The position numbers and the translations under genes are program-made. A model generated the notes under the pieces. That model saw only the letters and a program-made list of their open reading frames with translations, was not told the DNA's origin and made no database searches. 64,000 nt of DNA from Rozella allomycis CSF55 (taxonomy: Eukaryota), in contig KE560848.1 in NCBI GenBank assembly GCA_000442015.1, forward strand, positions 1 to 64,000, written 5' to 3'. Position 1 is the first letter of the stretch. Every line of letters starts with the position of its first letter. Below, one piece after another: positions 27,437 to 39,736 of the stretch.

Positions 27437-29581
27437 ATGTTCTTATGGATTTTATTATCTCTAAATCTAATTAGCTCTTCCAATATCCAAAAAATATTAT
27501 TGCATGACAGCAGAGAATTGAGTAACTTGAGAAAAATCCTAGACAGAGACAGTGTAGAGTATACATTTATCGAGAACATTGATATCCATCATCAAATAAC
27601 GTATCAATTCGATTTCAATGCCCCAAGAAACATTGACCGATCTAGCTATATTAATGAAAGGTCTTTGTCTCCTTTTAATATTTCAAAACCACTTCTGCTT
27701 GAGCGCGTAAAAAGAGGCAATGAAGATCCATACTTCAAATACCAATGGAGTTATGTAACAAAATCTGTCAAATTGCATGTAGACTAATATTGGGCAATAC
27801 GATGAAAGTACCACTTCCTACGACTATGGATTAAAATCATATGCTTACCTTACAGGAAAAAACATATCAATAAGAATAATTGATGATGGATTAGACGTTT
27901 ATCATTTCGATCTAAAGCATTTCGTAAATTTCAATGCTAACAAAAATTGGTAGAATCCTGATTTAAGCTACAATGTTAACGATAAAAACTATGATTTAAT
28001 GCCCTCAGATCTGTCCATGAATCATGGAACTAGATGCGTTGGCCAAATTATTGCTTTACCAGATAACGGGTATTGTATAGTTGGTTTTGCACCTGAAGCA
28101 TCTGTTAGTTGTAAGTTTATTATTTGGTTTTATTAAGTTATAAAATTGCTCGACAAACCTCATACAGATTTTGAAGAAGCGTTTTCTATATCGTACAAAG
28201 GCCTGCATGATATCTATTCCCTGAGTTGGGGCCCACCTGATTATGGTAATTTCAGTGAAGGGCCAGGAAAGTACATGAATGATGCATTCGAACGCGCCAT
28301 AGTCCAGGGGAGAAATAAAAAAGGCTCAATAATAATAGTCGCGGCGGGAAATGGTGGAGATATTGACGATTGCAATTATGACGGTTATGTAAACGATCCG
28401 AGGGTTATTGCAGTTGGAGCAGTCATGATGAATGAAAAAAGGCCATTCTATCAAGAGCGATGCTCAGCGATGTTGATCACGGGTTATAGTGGCGGTTACA
28501 TGGCTGGAATAGTAATTGAGTTGAATTTTTAAGATATGGCAACAACTGATTTGAATGGAGGTTGTACTTTAAGTCATTCTGGCACGTCAGCAGTTGGTAA
28601 GGCATTTGATTCTTAATTAGTAGTCCCTGCGGTCTCTGCAATTATTGCAAAGTTACTAAACTTAAGGTATGGATATAAATAATATAATTTTGGCCTGATT
28701 TAACATGGAGGGATGTTCAGTACTTGCTAATTTTATCGACCAAGCAAAACGATCCGTCAAGCGCTCAATGGCAAGCAAATGCTGCGGGCTTGAAATTTCA
28801 TCCATATTATGCATTTGGAGTTTTAAAGGCGAATATTTTGTTCAACATGTCGCAAGAATGGAGCCTAGTCGGGGATCAGATAATATTAACCGAAAGTTCC
28901 TATAAGAGTTATAAAATTGCGCCTTTGTCCAAAACACAAATTTATTTCAAATTTTCTCCCAGAAAGTTCGGATTATCATGCGAGAAGATTTCAATCACAT
29001 TCTTTCTCCAGCATCCTTATCCAGGTATGCTTGAATCTACAATAATGTCACCGCATAACACATCGTCTGTAATCGCGACAAGGAGAGTAAATGATAAAAA
29101 TTATTTTGCTTCATCATGGACATTTTCTACCCCTCATTTCTGGGGCGAGTTTATTAACGGAACGTGGATATTTCAGATCATTGATGGCAGAGATAACCAT
29201 GAAGGTGACTCTGGCATAATCAAAGATATGAGCTTCCAAATATACGCCACTGATCGTTCTATTTTTTCGAGCTCATCGTATCCCAAAGATAATCAACTAG
29301 ACGTTTTCTTGGCTATTGGATTACTATGTTTTATGATAATACTAATAATTTACTCAAGATACAGGTCAAAGAAGAAAAACAATGAAGGATATAAACCATT
29401 AAATTCTAAACCAGTCAATCAAAGCCATCGAAACTCTAAAATGGTAAAATCAAAATCTCTGGCTAATATTAAACTAACCACTTCAACTAATCTAATAACA
29501 AACAAAATAAAAAAGTCAATATCAATGTTGTCAATTAATAAGAACCAATCACATTGGGTAGATATTGAAAAGCAAGGGTGA
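27437..29581 (+). CDS. KEX2: Kexin/furin-like proprotein convertase (S8 domain, P domain, TM)
   Basis: RVKR pro-cleavage site, IIDDG, HGTRC, SLSWGP, AAGNGG, HSGTSA, LTWRDVQ, HFWGE and a C-terminal TM. Confidence 0.9.
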
Positions 29582-29645
29582 AATACCTGATTAATTGCGG
29601 TTTATTTTAATAAAGATATATATCATAAATTAAATCGTCCTAAAT

Positions 29646-30398
29646 TCAATCTTCTTTCTTAACTTCAGCGGGCCGATAAGGTTTGTTAAATGTGCTGACG
29701 GCAATGTAAGTGGAGGTAACACTAGCAATAATTGATGTCAGTATGCGATCAATATGATCTTCCATAAACCCTTTCTTCTTCTTGTCAGCGTCTTTATCTT
29801 TTTCGTTTTCGATTGTAGCGATAGTATTGTCTGACAGGGTAGTTTCCCCCTCTCTTGGTCTCTGATTTTCATTTATGTCTTTATTCTTTTTGAGTGCGTC
29901 ATCAATTATTCTGTCAATCGGTATATCATCCTTATTTGAGGCATCTGATGGTTTAGCATTTTCAATAATGATATCAGCAGAATAAATGTCGGTCAAGGGT
30001 TGTGGATGTGAGATCTTTCCATTTTCTTCACCCTCAACTTTATACGTCGAATCCATAGATATTTCTTTATCATTTTGAGATGCGATACTATCGTTTTGAT
30101 CAAAAATTCTACTTGATTTGACATCTTTTTGTGCTTTAATTTGATCACTTATTTGACGTGTTGTTTCAACAGCTGGATCTGATTGAACTTGTTTATGGTG
30201 TAATTTAAAACGCGCTTGTATGTTTTCTGGCACTACTGGACTATTTTCTTTCAATCGACCAACATTATCCAACGGGGGCGGGTTGGGAAAAGGAAATTCA
30301 GTAGTGATGGATATTAGAATGGAGATAAATAATTGTGTCATAAAATTCATGTTAGTGTATGAGTATGATAATTTGGTAATTTTAATGTGCGTGAACAA
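29646..30398 (-). CDS. Putative secreted/type I membrane protein with an acidic low-complexity body
   Basis: Signal-like segment MNFMTQLFISILISITT; hydrophobic C-terminal segment ILTSIIASVTSTYIAV. Confidence 0.65.
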   Translation of the reverse strand: MFTHIKITKLSYSYTNMNFMTQLFISILISITTEFPFPNPPPLDNVGRLKENSPVVPENIQARFKLHHKQVQSDPAVETTRQISDQIKAQKDVKSSRIFDQNDSIASQNDKEISMDSTYKVEGEENGKISHPQPLTDIYSADIIIENAKPSDASNKDDIPIDRIIDDALKKNKDINENQRPREGETTLSDNTIATIENEKDKDADKKKKGFMEDHIDRILTSIIASVTSTYIAVSTFNKPYRPAEVKKED

Positions 30399-30450
30399 AA
30401 TGTTTCAGAAGCGCATGAATATGATTCTAAAAATAGAACAAAAGTTATAT

Positions 30451-32955
30451 TTATTCTTGGTCAAGGTTTGGAATCCAAAATGCGCCGTCTATGTAGTCGC
30501 TTTCAATATCCAGATTATCATGATTGCTTCCAATCACTGAATTATTTTTATATTTGACAGAAGAGATGACTTTGTTACCAGGGTTAAACATTGAAGAAGG
30601 AAATAAAGAGGGTCCATTGAGTAAATAGCAAGATGTATCACGAAACACTTTAAAATCAGTAAAATTAACAAAATTCTTATCCCAATTCATAGTAGTAGTT
30701 GTTGATGTAGTTTCCGTTGTAGTTGCCGCTGTATTAGTATTTAAAGTTGTAGTAGCTGAAGTTATCATGGGCTCGAAAGAAGATGCAGTAGATTTATTTT
30801 CATTTTCTCTAACAGATTCATCTTTTAAACTAGTAGATTCCAAAGAATCAACTTTATTGTCAGTGGTGAACATAAGCAGATCATTTAATAAAACTTTCTT
30901 GTTCTTCTTTTCTCTTTTTTTGATTAATTTTTTATTTAAATCATTTGAATTTATTAATTGAACATTTTTGAAAACTTGTTGCTTCTTTTGTTCAGTTATG
31001 GGACTGTTAATTATGAATTTTACAATTGAATTTTCAGAAGAAGATTTTGTAGGTTTATCGTTACAATCTAATGAATTTGAATTAATTTTATTTGATGAAA
31101 TTGATAAAGAATCTTTGTAATCTTGAATAACTTTTTCTAATCCATTTTTTTCTAATTTTTCTAAAAGTACTTTAAGACCAGGGGTATTTAAAATCTTGTT
31201 CCAAATTCTAACTAATTTATGATTTTCATCATTGATTGTATTTTTTAAAGATTTTATTGAATTATTTTTTCTTGATATTTCGATTGTTAGTTTGTTCTTT
31301 TGATCAATCGTCACGTCAACATTTGATTGATGAGTGTTTATTATATTTTCAATTAAAGAATGCAAATGATTGGCTCTGAATGCAGCGAATGTATATCTAT
31401 CTATTAAAGTTGGAAACATTTCCATATTTATGTACAAAATTTCACGAACCAATTGAATTTTTTGTTTCTCTTCTTTTCTTAAATATTCAACTTTTAAATT
31501 ATTAATTAAACTTAAAAGGACTTTAATCTTTTTATTTAATTGCTCAGCTTCCATTTGATATTCTTCACTCTGGACTTTAATTGGAAATTTCAAAAGGCTA
31601 TTCAATGCTTCTCTTCTACTCAAATATTCAAACAAAATTCCTTTATGCATCGAATCAACCAAATATTGAAGTTTAAAAATCTTTAAATTTCTTTCATTTA
31701 TTAAAGCAGAATATTCCATTCTCTGTTCTCTAATTAATTCCAGAATATCATTTGACAAATCATTTATCATTCTATTCAATCCTTCAATAATCACGCTGGA
31801 TTGTCCTAAAAGCTTTAATTCATTTTCATTCATGAATTGTACATTGTCAAAGAATAGACTCTTTTCATTTGAAATACCAAAAGATTCCAAAGAACCAACG
31901 TGAAACTTTTTCTTAAAATATTGTTTGAAATAGATCATAGTTTGATTCAACAAATATCTGCCCATTAGTATTTTACTCTCATCTAAAAACAAATACAAGA
32001 TTATCCCTAAACTTGTCAAACTATTAGGAGGGAAATATAAAGCTGGAAGAGAATAAAGAAATACATAAATTGGCAAAGTATTCCATAAATTGTAAAACCA
32101 AATGTCAACAAGTTTATCACTCACATAAAACAACAAAGCCATTATTACATTGAAATTAGGAATAATTTGAAAACACAAAAACAAAGCCCCAGCAACAAAT
32201 ATTGAAGATTTTCTTATCTCAATTTTGTCGTGGGCTACAATAGTCATTACCTTGAACATGGCTTGACAAAACTCGTATGAAACTCCAACAAAATATAGAA
32301 TCATCAACTCTGTAATAAAATAATACGCGAAAAAACACACAAAATTATTTCCAAATACTTCCGTCACATAATTCAAAAATGTCATCAATAAAAGGCTCTT
32401 TGTTGATTGAATCGATTTCAATTTTGCCTTTGACTTTAGACACACATCATCATTGCAAAAATAATATTGAAAGAATAGATCACAAGTCAAACAAGACGAT
32501 AGCTCTATATACATTAGGCGAGAGTAATTAACATCAAAATGCAAACCATCACTATACTCTGCACACTCAAAAGACTTGTGATCAATCGATGAAAGATTGT
32601 CTCGGAGTACAAAGAAAGAAGTAATTTTGTCCCGGCTAATCTGTAAATTCTTCAATACCCTTGTTTGAGTTGCAGGGTTGCGGGATGGTCCCATGTTTCC
32701 AATCAAGCGTTGTTCATTCAATCCAATCCAACCACCCCTTTTATAAAAATTATGGATCCATTCTTTTATAACCATATCATGATACTGTGAAAGCCGAATT
32801 AATGAGGCCCAGTCTTCGGCATTCACAGTGGGATAAATTGTTCGAATCATGTCACTCACTATAATATAAAACAATGTACTGATATCAATAAACCAGCCAA
32901 CTACGATTGAACAAAGGATCGTCCCCGACATTGAAAGTTGATATCGAAATTTCAT
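30451..32955 (-). CDS. 834-aa intronless membrane plus coiled-coil protein of unknown function
   Basis: Long open frame with a multi-TM N-terminal half, coiled-coil middle and Thr-rich tail. Confidence 0.7.
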   Translation of the reverse strand: MKFRYQLSMSGTILCSIVVGWFIDISTLFYIIVSDMIRTIYPTVNAEDWASLIRLSQYHDMVIKEWIHNFYKRGGWIGLNEQRLIGNMGPSRNPATQTRVLKNLQISRDKITSFFVLRDNLSSIDHKSFECAEYSDGLHFDVNYSRLMYIELSSCLTCDLFFQYYFCNDDVCLKSKAKLKSIQSTKSLLLMTFLNYVTEVFGNNFVCFFAYYFITELMILYFVGVSYEFCQAMFKVMTIVAHDKIEIRKSSIFVAGALFLCFQIIPNFNVIMALLFYVSDKLVDIWFYNLWNTLPIYVFLYSLPALYFPPNSLTSLGIILYLFLDESKILMGRYLLNQTMIYFKQYFKKKFHVGSLESFGISNEKSLFFDNVQFMNENELKLLGQSSVIIEGLNRMINDLSNDILELIREQRMEYSALINERNLKIFKLQYLVDSMHKGILFEYLSRREALNSLLKFPIKVQSEEYQMEAEQLNKKIKVLLSLINNLKVEYLRKEEKQKIQLVREILYINMEMFPTLIDRYTFAAFRANHLHSLIENIINTHQSNVDVTIDQKNKLTIEISRKNNSIKSLKNTINDENHKLVRIWNKILNTPGLKVLLEKLEKNGLEKVIQDYKDSLSISSNKINSNSLDCNDKPTKSSSENSIVKFIINSPITEQKKQQVFKNVQLINSNDLNKKLIKKREKKNKKVLLNDLLMFTTDNKVDSLESTSLKDESVRENENKSTASSFEPMITSATTTLNTNTAATTTETTSTTTTMNWDKNFVNFTDFKVFRDTSCYLLNGPSLFPSSMFNPGNKVISSVKYKNNSVIGSNHDNLDIESDYIDGAFWIPNLDQE

Positions 32956-33248
32956 TTATCAACAGATTTCGAAATTGCACACTGCAGTATAAAATGAAGC
33001 AATTAAAACAAAAATTCTTGAATTCCTAATTTCCTACACTGGTAAAGACTCCTGATTGTAACGCTACAATATTTGATTTAATTTGTTATTGCCAAGGTGA
33101 AAATTCTTACTAGTAGCTACAAATAGAGTATAGACATAACATACTTATTCAGTTTCTTAATGTCATTCTTTTGTGGTCCCTCAACAAATTTCGTAAATTT
33201 GGCTATTCCCAAATTTCAGAATAAAATTTTCAAGCCCCCTTGTCAGAG

Positions 33249-33618
33249 ATGGTTCAACGTTTACACTACCGCCGTAGACTATCATACAACACAAAATCCA
33301 ACAAGGTCCGTGTTATCAAAACTCCAGGTGGTTCTCTCCGCTATTTGCACATCAAGAAACGTGCTGGTGCTCCAAAGTGCGGTGAATGCCGTCAACAACT
33401 TCACGGAGTAAATTAAAAAAATAATTTTTATTTAATAGATCCCTTGCTTGAGACCAAGAGAATATGCAACCATCAGCAAATCCAAGAAGAATGTCACTAG
33501 AGCTTATGGTGGTAACTGCTGCGCTCGCTGCACCAGACAACGTATTGTTAGAGCTTTCTTGGTTGAAGAACAAAAGATTGTCAAAAAAGTTTCAAAAGCT
33601 AAGGCTCTCAAGAAATAA
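33249..33618 (+). CDS. RPL34: 60S ribosomal protein eL34 (not in the ORF track)
   Basis: [28 protein letters not shown]...PKCGEC, one intron, then LRPREY...VTRAYGG...[16 protein letters not shown]. Confidence 0.97.
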
Positions 33619-33643
33619 ATTTGCACTTTGTTCTTACATTTAT

Positions 33644-34601
33644 TTAGGTTGCAGAGTTATCTATCGGTTGAACGCAGAGCGGACATGTTTTGTTCATTTT
33701 TAGCCAAGTATCAACACATTTGATGTGGAAATGATGTTTACATGGAAGGAAACGAATGTCTTCCCCAATCTCATAGTTTACGAGACATATCGAGCACAAA
33801 TTGTCTTCCTCTTTAATTTCGCATCCTTCGGGTAATTGACCTTGTTTGAATTTGCATTTTGGCAGATTATCGATATGTTTTTGGTCAGCACCTCTCTCAT
33901 TATCATGCACTTCAATGTGTCTCAAAACAGCTAAAACACATGGCAAGCAGCAGATAATAGCTACACACAACAAAACTGGAAACATGAACATAATCCATTG
34001 AATTGAAATCATGACCAACGCAGTGTAGAATATACAAAGACTACAAACCTGAGTACTCATTAACCATGCATTGCCAGCAAAAAGCAAGATTGCGCTACCA
34101 AATGTCAATAGCTTTTCAGCTCTTAGAATCAAGCATTAATTATCTTTACTGGTCAGCGTATATTTTGTACTGAATCCACCTCTCCCTCGTTTCGATAAGA
34201 TTCAATGCGTGATTGCTTGCATCTATTTCGGTATCCTGTGTGGCTAGTAAAGCCGCAGGAACTATGCGTTTCCCAAAGATAACTAGTGGAATCGATCCAA
34301 ACATTCTGATGATTATAATAAAAACCAAGTAAACCTATATTTCGATTAAACAAAATTTACGTGTAACGGGCTATCGCATATTGGATCATATCTTTGAAAG
34401 ACAAGAGCTACCAAACAGGCGATAATCTGAGAATATATGCCAGTAACAACATACTTGAGCTGTATGAAATAAACATATGCCGATCACTATCCAAATCGGG
34501 TATAAAATAATGGTAGGCCTTCTGATCATAGTATGAGCCATGTTAGTTCTCGCGGACATGTTTCTCTGGTGTCGGTCATGAGATGTATCATCAAAATTCA
34601 T
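33644..34601 (-). CDS. Membrane-anchored RING-H2 E3 ligase
   Basis: TM segments with ICCLPC, followed by CSIC...[16 protein letters not shown]...CPLC. Confidence 0.88.
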
Positions 34602-34717
34602 GATTATGAAATTCTGTAAATTAAGATTTAAATGACGGCAAGCTTTGATACTAATTTTATTTTGCGAGTTTAAATTTGCGAGTTAAAATTAAGAGAAACC
34701 CTTGTCGTAAAATTTGA

Positions 34718-37139
34718 ATGGCTGACGATTTTATTTTTACGATAGAAGAAAACGACAGTGTTCCGACTGAAGATGATATTGAGGTATGTTTTTTTTGTGA
34801 TTTGGAATTAGATTAAAAATAAGAAAAAGGATTTGAATACAGAGTTTAAATTTGAAGTTGATGAAGATGATAGTGGAGTTGGCTGGTCTATAGATAGTGT
34901 TGTGTCTGCGTTTAAAAAGAAGAATTCTATGGTAAGTATTTTGTGGGTGGTTGAAAGGTGTTGACGACCAGTTTGGATGAAAAAATCAAGCAGAGAAAAA
35001 GAGAGATGGAGATTGTGGATAATGATGATGTTGATGCGGAAGAAGAGGGTGTTGTAGAGGAAGGAGAGTTTGAGATGTCTGAAAATGAGTTTGAGGGGGT
35101 TGAAGAAGAAGAATCAGATAGTGAAGAGGAAACTGATAAAGACGATGACGATGAAGACGATGAAGAGGAAGAAGAAGAGAACGAAGACAAGGATGAATTA
35201 GATGATGAAGAAGATGATAATAAGAGTGACGAAGATGTTAGTGCCAATTCAGACTCTGAAGAAGAGATTGATGAAGAGGAGGAAGAAAGAAAGAATGCTT
35301 ATTTTGACAATGTTGATATTCATGAAGATACAGATGGGACTACATTTGCATCGTTGAATTTATCTCGCCCAATATTGAAGGCGATAACCAATATGGGATT
35401 TGCTAGGCCAACAAAGATCCAAGCGAATACTATTCCTATTGCGCTTACCGGGAAGGATATTTGTGCTAGTGCCGTTACAGGGTCTGGAAAGAGTGCAGCA
35501 TTTTTGATTCCCAGTATAGAGAGGTTGTTGTATCGACAGAAATCTATTTCCCAAGTCAGAGTTTTAGTGTTACTTCCCACGCGAGAGTTGGCTGTTCAGT
35601 GTTACCAAGTTGCAAAGACGTTGGCGCAATTCACTGATATAACGTTTGGGTTGTGTGTTGGAGGGATTAGCCCGAAAGCACAGCAGGCAGAACTGCAGAA
35701 CAGACCAGATGTTATTGTTGCTACACCTGGACGATTGATTGATATGGTTAGAAATATGCAATCGTTTTCTATTGAGAATATTGAAATTTTAGTTTTGGAT
35801 GAAGCAGATCGAATGTTGGAAGTTGGATTTAAGGCTGAATTGGAGGAGATTATCAGACTTTGCCCAAAGAGTCGCCAAACGATGCTTTTCTCAGCAACAA
35901 TGACAGACAACATTGATGATTTGATTAGACTTTCATTGAATCATCCATCTAGAGTATTTGTGGACAGTGCAACCAAAATAGCTCATAATTTAACACAAGA
36001 ATTTATTCGTATTAGAGAAAATAAAGATAATGAAAAGCCAGGGTTTCTTTTAGCTTTGTGTAAAAAGATTTACAAGAAGAAATGTATAATCTTTTTTGAT
36101 AATAAAATTGCTGCCCATCGCATGAGAATCGCTTTTGGACTTTTAGGGTTGAAAGCAGCTGAATTGCATGGAAATTTAACTCAAGCTCAAAGATTAGAAG
36201 CTTTAGATTCTTTTAAAAATAATAAAGTAGATTTCCTCCTAGCCACAGATCTAGCTGCACGTGGTTTAGATATATCTGGTGTTCAAACTGTAAAAAAAGA
36301 TCTTTTAATTCTAAAAATAGGTTATAAATTATAATATGCCAACTGATTATGCAAGATATCTTCATAGAGTTGGTCGTACTGCTCGTGGTGGTCAATCTGG
36401 TGTGTAAATATTTTCTGTTTTATTTAATTATAGATCTGTTTCTTTAATAGATGAGAAAAGTAGAAAAATATTAAAGATTGCAGTTAAAAATTCATCTCAA
36501 TCTGTGAGGAAAAGATCCATACCTTTGGAAATAATAAAAAAATATAATTCAAGATTTGATGCGATTCAATCTCAAATTTCTGATATTCTTCTTGAAGAAA
36601 AAGAAGAAAGAAAAATTCAACAAACAGAAATGCAAATAACAAAAGCTGAAAATTTAATAAAATTTCAAGATGAAATAAAGTCTAGACCAAAAAAGACTTG
36701 GTTTCAATCTGAAAAAGAAAAAGTGGCTGAAAAACGTATCTTTTTTATTTTTCTTTTAATTTTAGAACTTTCTAAAGCTGCTGCTGGTTTGGACACTCCA
36801 AAACCAAAGCGTGGCAAATTTGATGGAATGAGCCGCAAAAAGAAGAGACGCGTTCAAGCCTTGGAAGATCAAGATCAATCTGAAGACTTTAAATCCAAAA
36901 TGATCGCCCGCTCTTTGAAATTAGAAAAGAGACCAAAAAGAATGAGATTAACTGAAAAAGAAACAAGTTCAGCCCCAAAGAATTCAGTTTCAAATAAACC
37001 AAAACCTAAAAGTAAAAGCGCCTTTGGTGACGACATTGCACCATCAAAGTCAAAGAAGAGCGCCCAGGAAAAAAAGAAACCTTTCAGAAAAGGCTCCAAA
37101 AATGCTTTCAAATCAAAAGGCAGATACAAGAGACGTTAA
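34718..37139 (+). CDS. DRS1: DEAD-box RNA helicase Drs1/DDX27
   Basis: Acidic N-terminus, LNLSRPILKA, AVTGSGKS, DEAD, ELHGNLTQAQRL, HRVGRTAR, SRPKKTWF and FKSKGRYKRR. Confidence 0.95.
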
Positions 37140-37180
37140 TAAATCATTCATTTATTCTTTTAAAATGTCTTTTGCAAAAT

Positions 37181-37789
37181 TTAATTTTCTTGTGCTGCTA
37201 GATTGGGGTTCGGTTTATAAGGAGGTAACGGCTCGTCAATATACGTCTGCGTTCCTTGAATTGAAACCGTAATGTTCTCCAATGGTATGGTCTTCACAGT
37301 ATCCTTCTCCAACAATACACCATATCTCACACAAAAACCAATAATCAATAGATACACTAGATATGTCTATTCTAAATAATTGTATATTGTTACCAATGTA
37401 ATTCCTGTAGTCCCATGAAAATTATACATCAATGAAAGCGATATAAAACCAAATGTTAATAATGAAAATAGAATTCCACATACATAAAAGATTTCTTTTG
37501 ATTTATCCTATTCAACTATATAAATCTTCATACTCTTATTATTGAGCAGAGAATACCAATAGTCAATAGTAATTTCAATAATGTGTATACTAAATTATAT
37601 ATACTCTCAAATTCGATCATTATAAAAGTAAAAAACTCTATAAACTAACTGGTGATATAATTTTCAAGTTACTGCAAGATAAAATATACATATTGTAATG
37701 ATTCTTTTGTATAAAATCAGTTTGTAATTTTGGTTTGCTTGTCCAAGCATTACATCTTGATACAGTGGTGGTACAGTGTTTTCAGTCAT
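37181..37789 (-). CDS. Small 4-TM protein, tandem paralog A (not in the ORF track)
   Basis: Four exons joined by 28-, 26- and 27-nt phase-0 introns: MTENTVPPLYQDV...FIEFL...DKSKEIFYVCGILF...RYGVLLEK...LPPYKP. Confidence 0.7.
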
Positions 37790-37921
37790 CTAGATTTTGA
37801 TATTTCAAATTTCTATTTTTAACTGGCAAAAATTAGAAAATGATGTGAAACCTATTATTAAACTTCACTATAAATTTATATCCATTGGCGTTTATTAATT
37901 TATATAGCTTAATTGCAACTT

Positions 37922-38518
37922 TTACACATGCGAATTTGACATTTCCTCGTAATTTGGAAACTGCTCTTCTGACAGTTTTAACATTTGTTCTACCACGCTT
38001 TCCATAATCTGCTGTATAACTTCAGCTGTCAGACGGTGTTTCTTTATACTTTTCACACAAATGCATATTATGACAAAGTATAACATCATTTCCTTTGAAA
38101 AAATAGCAATATTCTCACAACCGGCAAAACTGTTTGTACATATGTATCACAACTCCTCCATGAAATCACAAGCTGCGCTAACACTAAAAGAATAAGTATT
38201 CCACATGAACACGCTAAATGTTTCGGTTTATTCTAGTTAAATCCAGCTTGCCATTGTACCTTAATAGTCACAAAAACGCTATATGTGTTGGCAAAAAATC
38301 TTGCTAAAGCTAGGATGATATCTGTAGAACCTTTGAAAAAATTTAATCCCACGCAAAGAAACTCTGTCAACTTTAAACTTGTGAAAATATTATAGGCTTA
38401 CAAAGATATAAACCATAAATAAATGGATAGTAATTTTGTGCGATAAGCGATATAGATTTTTATGTGGAAGAATCAGATCTTCATATCTTGGTAGCACTAT
38501 GGTTTTTCTCTCATTCAT
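37922..38518 (-). CDS. Small 4-TM protein, tandem paralog B (not in the ORF track)
   Basis: MNERKTIVLPRYEDL...LTEFL...NKPKHLACSCGILILL...FPNYEEM; three introns at positions equivalent to paralog A. Confidence 0.65.
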
Positions 38519-38716
38519 TCTCGAAAAGCCACTCACCAAAAAGTACTATAAGTAATAACAATGACATCTGCGGCAAATGTAAAAATAATGTGTTCGCAGA
38601 ATCTAATCTATGTACAAAATCCTATCAATGTTGAAAGCTTCCTGTCCAAAGCCCGGCATTAACATCATTGAATACTAAGAAGTTAAGAACTTGTTAAGAT
38701 TCAAGTCTTTGAAGAT

Positions 38717-39287
38717 TTATTCCTGATTTCCGACGTAGCCAGATTTATGTGCATTCTCAACTGAGGGCGAATTTACGTCTAGAACCGTAATAGATGATTC
38801 CGCTATCAGCGATTCGGGAATAAAATGGTCATTCTGCTTTTTTAACATTTTGCCGTAACGAAAAGAAGTTGTCGCTACAGACAATTGAATGATGCAAATC
38901 TTGTACTACTTGTTGATCAATATTTTACCCATAAATGGATTTTTACACCTTCTGTATGGAAAAATAAGATCATTAGAAGCACAAAGTCTACGAGGATCAA
39001 AATATTAAGAATTTCAGAACTTCTTATAATACCTGTATGCTTATTCTACTTGCATTACCACCAGAACTGTACCTTTATCATAAACCAAAAGAGGTACAAG
39101 CAAATAGAAATTCTTGAGATACCGAAGAATATTCGAATGGGGGTGTGAAAAAACACCAAGCCAGTAATTTCGCTAGCCTATTTATTTGCCTGAGTGTTGT
39201 TACTATAGCAAGGCACATATATGCCATAATTGTTTTTTTGTGAGCCAATAGTTCATTAATAAATCGATAATACATCAAAAGCAGCAT
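38717..39287 (-). CDS. Small 4-TM protein, tandem paralog C
   Basis: ...AYMCLAI|ASEI...FMIK|NKHTGIIRSSEIL...LW|...RYGKMLKK; same three-intron layout; start uncertain. Confidence 0.55.
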
Positions 39288-39736
39288 CTAAATTGATAAA
39301 TCGGTGTTCAGCCACATAATTGCCATCTAAAAAAAGATTAAAGATATATTCCTTTCTGATAATAATTTGCGAAAAAATAATAGAAGATAATGTCCTGTCT
39401 TTCTGTTATAATGTGGTTATTAATTGATTTCGTTCAAACATCTTCTTAGAAGTGGGATGACTCATGATATTCAATGGTAACGACAATTTCCAGGGCTCTT
39501 TAAATTAATGACAAATAATTGATAAAGATCAGAAAATAATTGTTTTGTGTGAAGAAATTTATTGTTATAATAAACTCGTCGTCCGATTTAATGAGAGCGA
39601 GACTTGTTCTACTAATATGGCGTGTCTGAAGAGAGTTTGCCGGTTTATTTGTATACTAAGAATATTGTAATAACGCAATTCGAAAATGGATATTCCAATA
39701 TTGAAATTGCTCAAAAACAAGTCCATATTTATTAAC

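Noticed and set aside
34927-35247. Poly-Ser antisense ORF and many other antisense ORFs in the track
   Set aside because: They are shadows of acidic or coiled-coil coding sequence on the opposite strand.
39290-39465. In-frame TAA stops in a long minus-strand reading, suggesting stop-codon reassignment or a pseudogene
   Set aside because: Conserved genes end normally at TAA, TAG and TGA, and the downstream region is explained by the spliced 4-TM paralogs.
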